From IMG/VR virus record IMGVR_UViG_3300007754_000002: a stretch of DNA of 64,000 bases, one strand, 5' to 3'. This document shows, one piece after another, positions 50,615-59,957 of this stretch. Below the pieces are notes generated by a model. It did no database searches. It worked only from the letters and a program-made list of their open reading frames with translations, and was not told the origin of the DNA. The DNA is from an uncultured virus (IMG/VR IMGVR_UViG_3300007754_000002) (lineage: Duplodnaviria > Heunggongvirae > Uroviricota > Caudoviricetes). The first letter of the stretch is position 1; each line of letters opens with the position of its first letter. Made by a program: the position numbers and the translations under genes.

Positions 50615-51459
50615 TCACCGAGCTGCGAGTCACGGCGGAGAAGCACACTCGGGACACCAGCGTGATCCCCTGGTGGAGCGACGTCCCCCGGCTCAAGAGC
50701 CGGAAGGTGTTCCGCTTCAAGCCGGGGATGAATGTCCTCTGGGGACCGAACGGGGTGGGGAAATCCACCCTGATCCGGGCTCTCAGTCTCTCGCTCTGTT
50801 GTGAGCAGAGCGGCTTCATGGCGGTCACCCGAGCCACCGGGATGCTCTGGTTCCGGTTTTTCAGTGGACTCAGCCAGGGGCAGAAACGATCTGCGATGAC
50901 CCCCGCGGAGAAGACTCAGGCCACTTTCCGCGACTGCTTCCGAGTGAAGCATGATGGTCGGGTCATGTCCTTCACGGGTGCCCCCATCGGTCTGATGGCT
51001 GGAGGGGCGGCGTTTGACGACGACTTCTTCGCTGAGGGCCTCGTAACCGCGGCGTTCCGGGGGTCCGCAGGGCAGACCACCATGCACCGACTCGGAGGGG
51101 TCCTAAAGGCTCTGAGCGAGGGCAGGATTCCTCTCGCCCGGGACATGATCGGGGACAAGGTCAACGATATCTGGAGGGCGCGGCGTGACTTGCTGATGGC
51201 ACGCCTCCGGCCGACGATCCCCGAGGGGCCGCCGACCATCCTGATGGACGAGCCTGACAAGTCCCTGGACATACCGACCCAGATTCAACTCTGGCGGTAC
51301 CTGTTGAGGGCTCATGAGGCGGGAATTCAGATCATCGTCGCGACTCACTCTCCCTTCCTCCTGAAGCTGGCCCCGGCTGACGTCAACTGGATCGAGCTGG
51401 AACCGGGCTACCTGGACAAGTGCCGAGAAGCCCTCGCGACCCTGGAGCAGTCTGAATGA
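50611..51459 (+). CDS. ABC/AAA_21-type ATPase
   Basis: GPNGVGKST, SAGQ, LMDEPD, ATHSPF; ATGA coupling. Confidence 0.88.
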   Translation: MITELRVTAEKHTRDTSVIPWWSDVPRLKSRKVFRFKPGMNVLWGPNGVGKSTLIRALSLSLCCEQSGFMAVTRATGMLWFRFFSGLSQGQKRSAMTPAEKTQATFRDCFRVKHDGRVMSFTGAPIGLMAGGAAFDDDFFAEGLVTAAFRGSAGQTTMHRLGGVLKALSEGRIPLARDMIGDKVNDIWRARRDLLMARLRPTIPEGPPTILMDEPDKSLDIPTQIQLWRYLLRAHEAGIQIIVATHSPFLLKLAPADVNWIELEPGYLDKCREALATLEQSE

Positions 51460-52025
51460 AAACCAGCGGTGAAGTTCAGGAGGTCTTCGTCGGGCACGAC
51501 GTACCGGCGGCAGCCATCAAGCTCGCCAAGAAGGCGAAGAAGAGGCTCTGGCTCGCTTCTTACACCTGTCCGGGTGGAGCACTGGCGAATGTCCTCGCGA
51601 CCAAACACTCGACAGGGAAAAAGGTCCGACTGGTGGTGTCAGCGGTCCCGGTGGAGGCTCTCCCTGACTACTCCTTCCCGGCGAAGAGGGTCTCGGTAGA
51701 CGGCGGCACCATGCACGCCAAGTTCCTCATCTGCGATGACACCGTGCTCCTGGGCAGCTCCAACTGGAACGACACCGGGAGCCGAAACGTCGGGATCAGA
51801 ATCACCGGGACCGCGGTTCGTCACTTCGCCGCGGAGTACAACCGCCTCTGGAAGCTGAAGGAAGGGGACCCTCTCCTGCGAGGGGATCAAGCCCTGGCCC
51901 TCATCGCCAAGCTGGTGAAGAAGAAGGGTCACTCAGACTTCGCCACCCTGGTCGCCAGGAGATGCCGGGCCCGGGGCTACATGACCCCCAAAGAGCAAGC
52001 CGCCATCACCCGGGCTCTGAAATGA
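51456..52025 (+). CDS. Phospholipase D-like (Nuc-type) nuclease with a single HKD motif
   Basis: MHAKFLICDDTVLLGSSNW; ATGA coupling. Confidence 0.85.
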   Translation: MKTSGEVQEVFVGHDVPAAAIKLAKKAKKRLWLASYTCPGGALANVLATKHSTGKKVRLVVSAVPVEALPDYSFPAKRVSVDGGTMHAKFLICDDTVLLGSSNWNDTGSRNVGIRITGTAVRHFAAEYNRLWKLKEGDPLLRGDQALALIAKLVKKKGHSDFATLVARRCRARGYMTPKEQAAITRALK

Positions 52026-52303
52026 CCAACACGACCCCCCGTTACTTCGCGGGAAGATACGAAGAGCACCTTGAAGTGCAGTCCAGCAACTCCGCCCCCG
52101 AGGCTGCCTCCGAGTACGCGAACGGCTACGGGATGGAAGAGGGCGAGTGTGTCTATGTCGCCTTCGGTGTGCTCACTGACGAAGAAGGAGACGAGCCCGG
52201 CACCCACAGGATCGACGTGTGGGAGTGGTCAGAGTGGCGGGTGCTCCCCGACAACGGAGGCCCGCTCCAGGTGGAGCCGTGGCCTCAAACAGAGACCTCA
52301 TGA
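52022..52303 (+). CDS. Small acidic hypothetical protein
   Basis: ATGA overlap with the PLD gene. Confidence 0.55.
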   Translation: MTNTTPRYFAGRYEEHLEVQSSNSAPEAASEYANGYGMEEGECVYVAFGVLTDEEGDEPGTHRIDVWEWSEWRVLPDNGGPLQVEPWPQTETS

Positions 52304-52318
52304 CCGCTCCGCCCCAGC

Positions 52319-52753
52319 TTGGTCCCCTCCTCATTCCCGAGGTGTCAGATGGTTGAAGCTCCTCCCGGCCTGCTCTACGTCATCGTCGCCCAGGAGTGGC
52401 AGGGGACCCCTGCTCACCTGGACTTGGAAGAACCCTCTCGTTGCCTGATCATCGACGGGTTCGGTGCCCACCTCTCGCCTCCCCAGATCCGAGCCCGGAT
52501 GCAGGAGTACACCGCCCTCGCTGAGTCAGCCGAGGTCGCCATCTGGTTGGTGACCATCAACCGCACGGCTCTCGATGAGATGTGGCGAGAGGGGGGTGAT
52601 CGGGTGTACCTGCCGATGGCTGACGGGGGGCTCATGCCCCTGGAAACCGCCTTTGACCCCAACTGGCTCTACCATTTCACCCTGGGAGATCTCTACGACC
52701 GAGGGAAGCTGGATGAGAGCCAATGGCGACCCCAGCAGTCTCAAAAACCCTGA
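52319..52753 (+). CDS. Degenerate C-terminal half of an AAA_21-like ATPase
   Basis: CLIIDGFGAHLSP (Walker B/D-loop-like), LVTINRTALD (H-loop-like), LGDLYDRG; no Walker A. Confidence 0.45.
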   Translation: MVPSSFPRCQMVEAPPGLLYVIVAQEWQGTPAHLDLEEPSRCLIIDGFGAHLSPPQIRARMQEYTALAESAEVAIWLVTINRTALDEMWREGGDRVYLPMADGGLMPLETAFDPNWLYHFTLGDLYDRGKLDESQWRPQQSQKP

Positions 52754-52782
52754 CCCACAAACCCCCACCCCGAGCCCCAAAA

Positions 52783-53547
52783 ATGTGCATCCTCGCCCAG
52801 CCTGTCGAGAGCGTCTCCGACACCTCCATCTTCGCCGCCTTCAACACTGACCGGACCCGTCAGGTCGTCGTCTACGAGATGGCGGTGGAATTCCGTGGTT
52901 CCGGGAACGCCATGATCCTCCCCGTCCCGGTCCCCATGAGAGGAAACAGCTCGACCGGGGAGATCGAGCTGATCGACATGACCGCGTATCCGAACTTCTT
53001 CAAGGATCTGGCCGACCTCTTCCGCCCCCGATACCGGGGCCTGATGAAGGGGGTGCCGTCGAACAGCTTCCTGAAGGTAGTGGACGTGGGCAGCTACAAG
53101 GTGTCCATCGCAGCGACGGTCGATGAGGCGGAGAGGGTGAACCCCGACGTGTCCACCCTCTCCGCTGAGACCCGGGCGGCGCTCAACGAGCACTACCGCT
53201 TCGGCTACCACTTCATCGTCGCCCAGCTCCAGACCGGAGGGAAGTTCCACCCTCTCGCCTACAGCCACCCCACCTTCGGTGTGCTTTTCTTCCCCACCCG
53301 CCACGAGCACGGAGACGGACACCACCTCCCGAAGTGGGATCACACCCTCTACCACCAGCCCGGTGGTGCCTTCATGGAGGAGCCTCGGAGCGTCCAGACT
53401 CGGAAGCAGGAAGGCCGCAGCATCCAGAGCGTCCAGAGTCAAACCATCCGGGTGGCGGGACTCGCAGAGTTTCTCTCCGTCACCGAGCCGATCGAGCAGA
53501 AGAAGATCAAGGGGCATGGGAAGAACCTGGACCTTCAGCTCTGGTAG
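52783..53547 (+). CDS. Hypothetical protein, DUF2330-like
   Basis: QVVVYEM...NAMILPVP...VGSYKVS...HPLAYSH pattern. Confidence 0.55.
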   Translation: MCILAQPVESVSDTSIFAAFNTDRTRQVVVYEMAVEFRGSGNAMILPVPVPMRGNSSTGEIELIDMTAYPNFFKDLADLFRPRYRGLMKGVPSNSFLKVVDVGSYKVSIAATVDEAERVNPDVSTLSAETRAALNEHYRFGYHFIVAQLQTGGKFHPLAYSHPTFGVLFFPTRHEHGDGHHLPKWDHTLYHQPGGAFMEEPRSVQTRKQEGRSIQSVQSQTIRVAGLAEFLSVTEPIEQKKIKGHGKNLDLQLW

Positions 53548-53598
53548 CTAGAGAGACCCTTCAGAATCGCGGCGTGAGTGCCCTTCCACCGAAATCCA

Positions 53599-54342
53599 TC
53601 AATCCCACGCCTCTCCAAACAGATCCAACTTCTGCGTCGCGGCTGACCATCCCGCCAGCCGCACCTCTGACCGATGCTCCCGACGATAACCGAACGTCGG
53701 GATCGTCGTGCTGACGCCATACCCGAGCACCATCCCTGGCACGGCGAGGCGTGACTTATCCCCATGAGGACCCGGAATCTTCGCTTTGATGTAATCAAGG
53801 TCCCCCATCCTCATCCGACCCAGGAAATCCCGCCACCGAGGAAACTCCTCCCGAACCGTGTCTACGACCACCTGCCACACGTCAGGCGAAGTCACGTCCA
53901 AGAAGACCCCACCCCCATCCACCTGAAAGGGAACCCAGGGGGTCTCCAGCGCGAGCCACTGAACCCGCTTACGGAAACGAGCCCGGTGCTTCAAAACTCC
54001 AGGGACCCAATCCTGTAGACCTTTAGCCTCCAGGTCAGAGAGCAGGGCTCGGTAGATCCCCTCGCCTTCATCACGCCAGTGAGCATAAGCCCCCGCGATC
54101 GTCTTAGCCCCCGCGATCCGAGTGAGCAGCTCCGGCGTCCAGGGGGGAGCCAAGTCCCCAGGCTCCAGGTATCGGTACGCCGTCTCATCGCTGCTGAGCA
54201 GCGAGAGCACCTCCGGTCTCACCATCCCAGGATGATCCCGGACCAGGAACCGAACCATGCTCATCCAGTGCCAGGACCGCCGGTTCGCTCGTAACCACAC
54301 CCCCTCACTCTCATAACGACCGTCGATCCTCATTTCCAACAC
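53599..54342 (-). CDS. Hypothetical protein
   Basis: 247-aa ORF. Confidence 0.6.
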   Translation of the reverse strand: MLEMRIDGRYESEGVWLRANRRSWHWMSMVRFLVRDHPGMVRPEVLSLLSSDETAYRYLEPGDLAPPWTPELLTRIAGAKTIAGAYAHWRDEGEGIYRALLSDLEAKGLQDWVPGVLKHRARFRKRVQWLALETPWVPFQVDGGGVFLDVTSPDVWQVVVDTVREEFPRWRDFLGRMRMGDLDYIKAKIPGPHGDKSRLAVPGMVLGYGVSTTIPTFGYRREHRSEVRLAGWSAATQKLDLFGEAWD

Positions 54343-54735
54343 CTGATTCCGAATAAATTAAGGTCAGGAGGCTCAACGCCCTCCGATGAAGAGAACGGGC
54401 CCGGATCCACCAGAGGCTCCAGCCCCACGCCTTCCGATACAGCCAACGAGCAAACCGATTCACCGGAGGCTCATACACCACGAGCTGACGAAGCCACTGC
54501 CCACACCGAGGACACTCCGCCGGCAAACGAGGGACATACCCCCGATTGCAGTGAGCACAGGAGAACCAGAACCCGAGCTGATCACCCGGCTCCGATATGT
54601 CCCCAGGCGTTAAATCCCAGGCGGCGTGCTCCACCGTCCCCAGCACCAGACCCATCACCTGACCAAGCTCCCGCACGAAAGGGCTCTCCAATATTCTGGG
54701 TATACTCATATACATATAACCCATTTGACTGGAGA

Positions 54736-55365
54736 TTGTACGTGCCCGCTATGGAAGATTCGGTCCCGGAGACGAAGGGCGAGCGTTGCTATTGGCTCGC
54801 CTTTGCCAACCTGAAGGAAACCGGGAGCCCGCGGTGGGGATCTGTCGGTGAAGCTGTCGGAGCGCGAACGAGCACCGCGATCGGGCTAGCTCGGAAGTGG
54901 GCGACTCGACCGGAGAATCGCGTGGACTGGCCCTTGAAGGCGGGGCGGAGGAATGAGAAGAGGTACCGGGCTGGGGCGGAGATTTACAGGAAGCTGCGGG
55001 AAGACCCCACATGCCCCATGAGGTTCCTCGGCGGGAAGCCGGCAGAGCGGAGCCTCTACTACTTCGTCAAGACCGAAGGACCCAAGCCGGAGGACTTCAT
55101 CTGGCCCATCCCCGAGCGGGTGAACAACAAGGGGACCGTCTCGGGACGGGTCCGCCTCGCAGGGACCGACCGGATGGAGCTGGGAGCCCAGGTCTACAGC
55201 CGCCTGAGACTCAACCCACACCAGACCCTCGACCAGCTCGCGGAAGCCCTCGGCTATAGCCGGAACAAGATCAACAACGACCTCGCCCTCTATGTCAAGG
55301 CGAAGCGGCAGGACCCGGAATTTCTCTGGCCGATTCCAGGCCGCCGGAAGAAGTCCGCGGCTTGA
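54736..55365 (+). CDS. Protein with three tandem HTH-like repeats ending in WP(I)P
   Basis: WGSVGEAVG...DWP, FIWPIP, LDQLAEALGYSRNKINNDL...FLWPIP. Confidence 0.7.
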   Translation: MYVPAMEDSVPETKGERCYWLAFANLKETGSPRWGSVGEAVGARTSTAIGLARKWATRPENRVDWPLKAGRRNEKRYRAGAEIYRKLREDPTCPMRFLGGKPAERSLYYFVKTEGPKPEDFIWPIPERVNNKGTVSGRVRLAGTDRMELGAQVYSRLRLNPHQTLDQLAEALGYSRNKINNDLALYVKAKRQDPEFLWPIPGRRKKSAA

Positions 55366-56518
55366 TCATGGGAGCCTGCCAACGCAGTTGCTCCACGACC
55401 TCCTCCCAGCCAGCGTAGCTCCCCCGAGCTTCCAAAATCGCTACCAGACGCTTCAAGTAAGCCCCGGTCAAACCCCCTGTCGCCTGAACAACATCGGTCA
55501 GTCGAGACCCGCACCCCAGGATCTCCTCCCCGTAGTGACGGAGGATCTCACGCCGCGCGTCTGCGTCCGGACGTGGGAGGAAGATGACCCTGTCAATACG
55601 ACCCGGCCTCATCCCAGGCCAGTACAAAGCACCAGGACGCTGCATCTCCGTGACCGCCTTGTCGTCTACCATCAAAGTGCCCAACACCATCGGCACCAGA
55701 CCCTCCAGGGCTTCAAACAACTCCAGGAGTTGATGGTCCACCTCGCCCTGCCGCAGCGGAATGTCATCCACCAGGACAGCGTCCGGACCCATCAGCTTTA
55801 AAGCGTTCAAGACCCCGTGAGCGCGTCCCTGATCCAAGGTCGGTGCCGACACCCTCACGAGAGTCTTCAGGCCAGCCTGGGCGACTATACGGCGAGCTAA
55901 CGTCGTCTTCCCACTCCCTGTCGGACCCACCAGGAGACAGGTGAAACCTGACCCCACACTGTGACCCGGACCCAACACGTCCGAAGGCTTCGGGGACCCC
56001 ACAAAATCCCGAAGCTCCCCCATCGGCCGATAGTCAAACACCAACGAAGTCGGGAAGGAACTCCCGCCCTGCGGACGAAAGAAGAGCGTCAAGGAATCCG
56101 ACTCCGCCCAAAAAAGAGGACGGAAGAGATCCCGCGGCAAACCACCCCGAACATACAGCTCCGAAAACTGACCGTAAGGAGACAAAACAACCGCCGTGTC
56201 CCGACCCAGAAACTCATGGACCGTCAAGTGATCATCCCCCACCACCATCGTCCGACGATGGTAGTCCGACGACAAGAGAGCCGAAATCAAACGGCTGTTC
56301 ATCGGGAGATCAAACGGCCGATAACCCCGCTCATCCAGGTAGATTGAAGCATTCTCCGCCGGGAGATACAGCCCCGCGAGACGACCCGCGACCGCGATAG
56401 AACCCAAACCCCACTCGACAACCCCACCACCCCGAGCCTTGGACAGGAAATCCAACACATCACTGGCTGCCTGAGAATAACGGACCAGACGACGAAGATG
56501 ATGACGATAGGTAACCAT
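55295..56518 (-). CDS. AAA+ ATPase (BCS1/FtsH-like AAA module)
   Basis: GPTGSGKTT, VLVDD, RPGRIDRVIFLPRPD, GLTGAYL. Confidence 0.85.
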   Translation of the reverse strand: MVTYRHHLRRLVRYSQAASDVLDFLSKARGGGVVEWGLGSIAVAGRLAGLYLPAENASIYLDERGYRPFDLPMNSRLISALLSSDYHRRTMVVGDDHLTVHEFLGRDTAVVLSPYGQFSELYVRGGLPRDLFRPLFWAESDSLTLFFRPQGGSSFPTSLVFDYRPMGELRDFVGSPKPSDVLGPGHSVGSGFTCLLVGPTGSGKTTLARRIVAQAGLKTLVRVSAPTLDQGRAHGVLNALKLMGPDAVLVDDIPLRQGEVDHQLLELFEALEGLVPMVLGTLMVDDKAVTEMQRPGALYWPGMRPGRIDRVIFLPRPDADARREILRHYGEEILGCGSRLTDVVQATGGLTGAYLKRLVAILEARGSYAGWEEVVEQLRWQAPMIKPRTSSGGLESAREIPGPAASP

Positions 56519-56554
56519 TCAGGGCTCGCTCGTATACAAGAGGTAAAGGACCTG

Positions 56555-56953
56555 ATGCCGCAGCCTACCCTACGAGAGATCGCCGTCGAATGGGCCCAGC
56601 TCGTCCTGGTTACCAACGCGCATGGGGAAGAATACCCGGCGTGGAGAGACCTCCGAGCAGAACGACTCAGCCCCCTCCCAGCGCGAGCCAAACGACACGC
56701 GATCCGACACCTCCTGAACGACAACTGCTACCCCGTCCAGATCTACGGAAAGCGGTCAGCCGAGAACAGGAAGCGGGCGAAAGAGGAGGCTGAAGTTTCG
56801 GAGAACGGTACACCACACCCCGATCTCCTACGTTTTAAACCCCCGTTTTCAGACGCCCCCATTCCCACCCCCGATCACGACGAAGACCCGAAAGCTCCCA
56901 GACCACCGTCTCCAGACCCGCTCCCAGCCACCCCGACTCAGAAACTTTTCTGA
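56555..56953 (+). CDS. Hypothetical protein with Pro-rich tail
   Basis: Promoter motif 56510-56536 and AGGA RBS. Confidence 0.55.
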   Translation: MPQPTLREIAVEWAQLVLVTNAHGEEYPAWRDLRAERLSPLPARAKRHAIRHLLNDNCYPVQIYGKRSAENRKRAKEEAEVSENGTPHPDLLRFKPPFSDAPIPTPDHDEDPKAPRPPSPDPLPATPTQKLF

Positions 56954-56985
56954 ATACCTTAAACCGTCTCCCCGAAATTCAGGTC

Positions 56986-57014
56986 TTGCCTTTGGCCTCG
57001 TCTTCACATAGGTT
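56986..57014 (+). promoter_or_regulatory. Candidate host sigma70-type promoter for the sigma-factor gene
   Basis: TTGCCT-N17-TAGGTT followed by AGGAG. Confidence 0.45.
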
Positions 57015-57071
57015 CTTGATCCCTCCTGCTCAGACAGGAGATCAAAAACATGTAGACCAGGACCAGACGCG

Positions 57072-58154
57072 ATGAACCTTGGCAGGATTTCTGGACTGTC
57101 CCTCGACCTCCAACACCTCCCGCCCCCGGCCGTACTCGCCCCACAGGAAAAGAGAAGGCTCTACGCCCGACGAGAACACGGCGGAGGAGAAGTCCTCATC
57201 CTGGATAACGGGTTCCTCCATAACCATACGGTCCACCCCTCCGGCCGACAGCTCATGAGGGCCCTCTACGGACACGATCACTCCGGGATGACCCCAGACC
57301 GGTACTTCCGCACCGGGAAGCACGCCCCCAAGTTCGAGACTCCTGAGAACCCCTTCTTTGAAGACCTCCAGAGACAGGTCAACGACAGGTTCAAAGAGAT
57401 CTCCGCTCGTAAGAAGCCCAGGGTCTCCGTCCGTAAGAAGCCCAGGGTCTTCCCCACCGTCAACGCCGCCGATATTGACGGCTTCCTCGACCTGCTCAGG
57501 CAGTCGCACCAGACTCCACAGCCTACCCCACCTGCCGAGACCGGGGTCGATCTCCGCCCGACCCCGATCGGGATCGACCTCGCTAACCGAGCCAATGAGG
57601 TCCGACGCCTCCTCTTCGCAGGCTTCGGGAAGAAGATGGCTGCTAAAGGCTATGACCCGGAAGACGTCCTTCAGGAAGTCTATAAAGGTCTCCTGACACG
57701 AGATATGGGTAAGTCCCGATTCGACCCCTCCCGATCCTCCTTCGGGCACTACGTCCACCTCGTCTGCCAGTCCGTCCTCGCAAACTACCACCGGAAAAAG
57801 TCCCGACAGAGAAGCATCGAACAAGTCGGCATGATCGGAATGGACTCCGACTCCGGTGACCTCCGCCATATGGACGCCGCTACCGCCGCCGATAACCTCA
57901 CCGCAAACCGATGCCTCCTCGCCGGACAAACCTACGCCGCTGATGACGCCGCTGCCGACTCAAGAGCAAATGACTCCCTCCGACGACACCTGGAAGACCA
58001 ACAGGTAGGAGACCTCGCTCTCAACTCCCTACCCCTCGTCCGACAAGGCTACTCCCGCTCCGAGATCGCGTCTCAACTCCAAGAGAAACCCTCCCGGGTA
58101 GGAAGAAGCCTCTCCAAGCTCAGGAAGGCCACCGCTATCTGGCAATGGAGATAG
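57072..58154 (+). CDS. ECF-like RNA polymerase sigma factor with N-terminal extension
   Basis: Region 2: DPEDVLQEVYKGLL...FDPSRSSFGHYVHLVCQSVLANYHRK; region 4: GYSRSEIASQLQ...VGRSLSKLRK. Confidence 0.82.
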   Translation: MNLGRISGLSLDLQHLPPPAVLAPQEKRRLYARREHGGGEVLILDNGFLHNHTVHPSGRQLMRALYGHDHSGMTPDRYFRTGKHAPKFETPENPFFEDLQRQVNDRFKEISARKKPRVSVRKKPRVFPTVNAADIDGFLDLLRQSHQTPQPTPPAETGVDLRPTPIGIDLANRANEVRRLLFAGFGKKMAAKGYDPEDVLQEVYKGLLTRDMGKSRFDPSRSSFGHYVHLVCQSVLANYHRKKSRQRSIEQVGMIGMDSDSGDLRHMDAATAADNLTANRCLLAGQTYAADDAAADSRANDSLRRHLEDQQVGDLALNSLPLVRQGYSRSEIASQLQEKPSRVGRSLSKLRKATAIWQWR

Positions 58155-58277
58155 GACAAGGAGAGAGAGAGACAGGGGGGGAGACAGGGAGAGAGCTACC
58201 GGGAGGCCCTGACAGGAGGCCCTGTCCCCCGGACAAGGCTCCCTCCCCCCTCGTCCGACTACCCCTCTCGCAGGGCC

Positions 58278-58365
58278 TAGGGCCTAGGGCCTCCTCTCTC
58301 AGGGCCTAGGGCCTCCTCTCTCAGGGCCTAGGGCCTCCTCTCTCAGGGCCTAGGGCCTCCTCCTC
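58278..58365. repeat. Four tandem 22-bp repeats (C/T)AGGGCCTAGGGCCTCCTCTCT
   Basis: Units at 58278, 58300, 58322 and 58344 (last imperfect), plus extra AGGGCCT heptamers. Confidence 0.9.
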
Positions 58366-58937
58366 CTCTTCTTCCTCCTCTCCTAGGGCCTCCTTTCCTC
58401 GGAAAATTAAACCCACAGTGAAATTGAGCCTGATCGACCCCAAAAATCGGGAAACGGGGCTGGGTTTTTGATCTCCCAAGGGCTCTCGCCCGACCCCTCC
58501 GAGTGATCCTGACCCCTCTCCGGTCTCCGTATTGCTGGAGACCAATTTGAGGCTACCCGACCTGATCTCAACAGGTAGTTGGGGGAGGCCTCCGATTTGA
58601 TCTCACCCGATCGCGAAAAACCGCGGCATTAACTGAGGCCTCCCCCTAGGGCGGGTCAAAATCGCCGCATTGAACCTATATGGAAAATGCGGCCGATTTC
58701 GGAAACCGTTCCTGGAATTATAAAGGTTGAAGGACAAGACAGGAGGAGAGCCTTAGCTCTGAAGGCTGGTGGCTTTCCCCGGCTTGTCCCTTGTCCTCCT
58801 GGTCTCCCCGGCTGGAGGCTTGTCTCTGGGGAGGGGGGTCTCTCAGGGGAGGTTTTTCCAGATCGGGATCTCAGATCGTTTTTGAGCTGGCGGTGGTGGG
58901 TAGAAAAATTGGCCTAAAAAGCCAAAGGGGGGGAGTC

Positions 58938-59487
58938 TTAGTCCGCCGAGATCCATCGCCAAGTGAGGTTGACTCGTGGTCCGACCTGCTTTTTGGTTTT
59001 GGGTATGCAGTGTTGCCAGCGTTGTTGGGCTCCTGTTTTCATCAGGAGGAGGGATCCGTGTTGGAGGTTGAAGTTGTGGGTCTCTCGGGAGGTGTTGTGT
59101 CGTACCCGGAAGCGTCGAGTAGCTCCGAGGGAGAGGGAGGCGATCCAGTCTTGGCCTCCGTGGTTGTAGTCGTCATCGCTGTGCCATGAGACGGAGTCGG
59201 AGCCATCTCGATAGAGGTTTTGCGAGGACGGAGTTGAAGGGTCGTCCGGTGAGGTTCTGGAGTGGGAGCAGGATCTCGGGGAGGGTTGCTCTGGGGTGTC
59301 TGACGCCGTTTGAGTAGGCGTACTCCTCTCCGTACATGGCGACGAGTCTGGGGAGTGGGATCTCTCGTCCGTAGAGTCGAGTGGAGAGGCTCTGCCAGTG
59401 GAGAGCCTCTCTGAGGTCTCTCATGGAGATCTGCGTATGGGTCTGGACGAGTTGGAAGTCAGCGTTGAGTTGCTGGCTCAGGCTCAT
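58938..59487 (-). pseudogene. alkB: AlkB-family 2OG-Fe(II) dioxygenase (ALKBH2/3-like) split by a 1-nt frameshift
   Basis: PRLVAMYG...FNSVLA then, in another frame, NLYRDGSDSVSWHSDD...IASLSLGATRRF...LQHGSLLLM...WQHCIPK...RVNLTWR; one extra T in TTTT at 59218-59221. Confidence 0.88.
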
Positions 59488-59957
59488 AGGTTCATCCCTC
59501 GGGGATCTTGGTTCCGAGTGGGGATACGAGTGAGTTGAGTTTTGTCTCCCAGGTTTTTCGGATATCGTCTCGTGTATCGGGTGGGAGTTTGGACCAGGGG
59601 ATCAGGATCCTGTCGGTGAAGGCGAGGATGAGGTCATGGGCTTGCGTAGCGGGGTCGGCTTGTAGTTGTGTTCTGGACAGGTAGAGGGTTTGGACCCAAT
59701 CGAGGAAGAGCGCGGCATTTACCGCAGGGGAGGGCGGAGCCGAAGGTGTTGTGTTGTTGGAACCTGGGGCAGTCTGGGGACACCGCGTTGGTTTGATCGC
59801 AGGACTCGAACCAGGGGCTTTGGTGGTCGAGGCATGTGGGGCAGGTAGAGACGGAGGAGCGACTCTGGTTCTGGTTCTGGGATGCTTTGGGGTTTTCATC
59901 CCATTGGGAGTTTTCGCAGGGGGTCTTTGCGGGGCATTGGGAGCAGGGTTTCATCGG

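Noticed and set aside
49628..51459. ABC transporter call
   Set aside because: No permease or binding-protein gene; signatures STGE/SAGQ fit soluble AAA_21-type ATPases
58271..58390. CRISPR-like repeat array
   Set aside because: Repeats are directly adjacent with no unique spacers, and no cas genes are present
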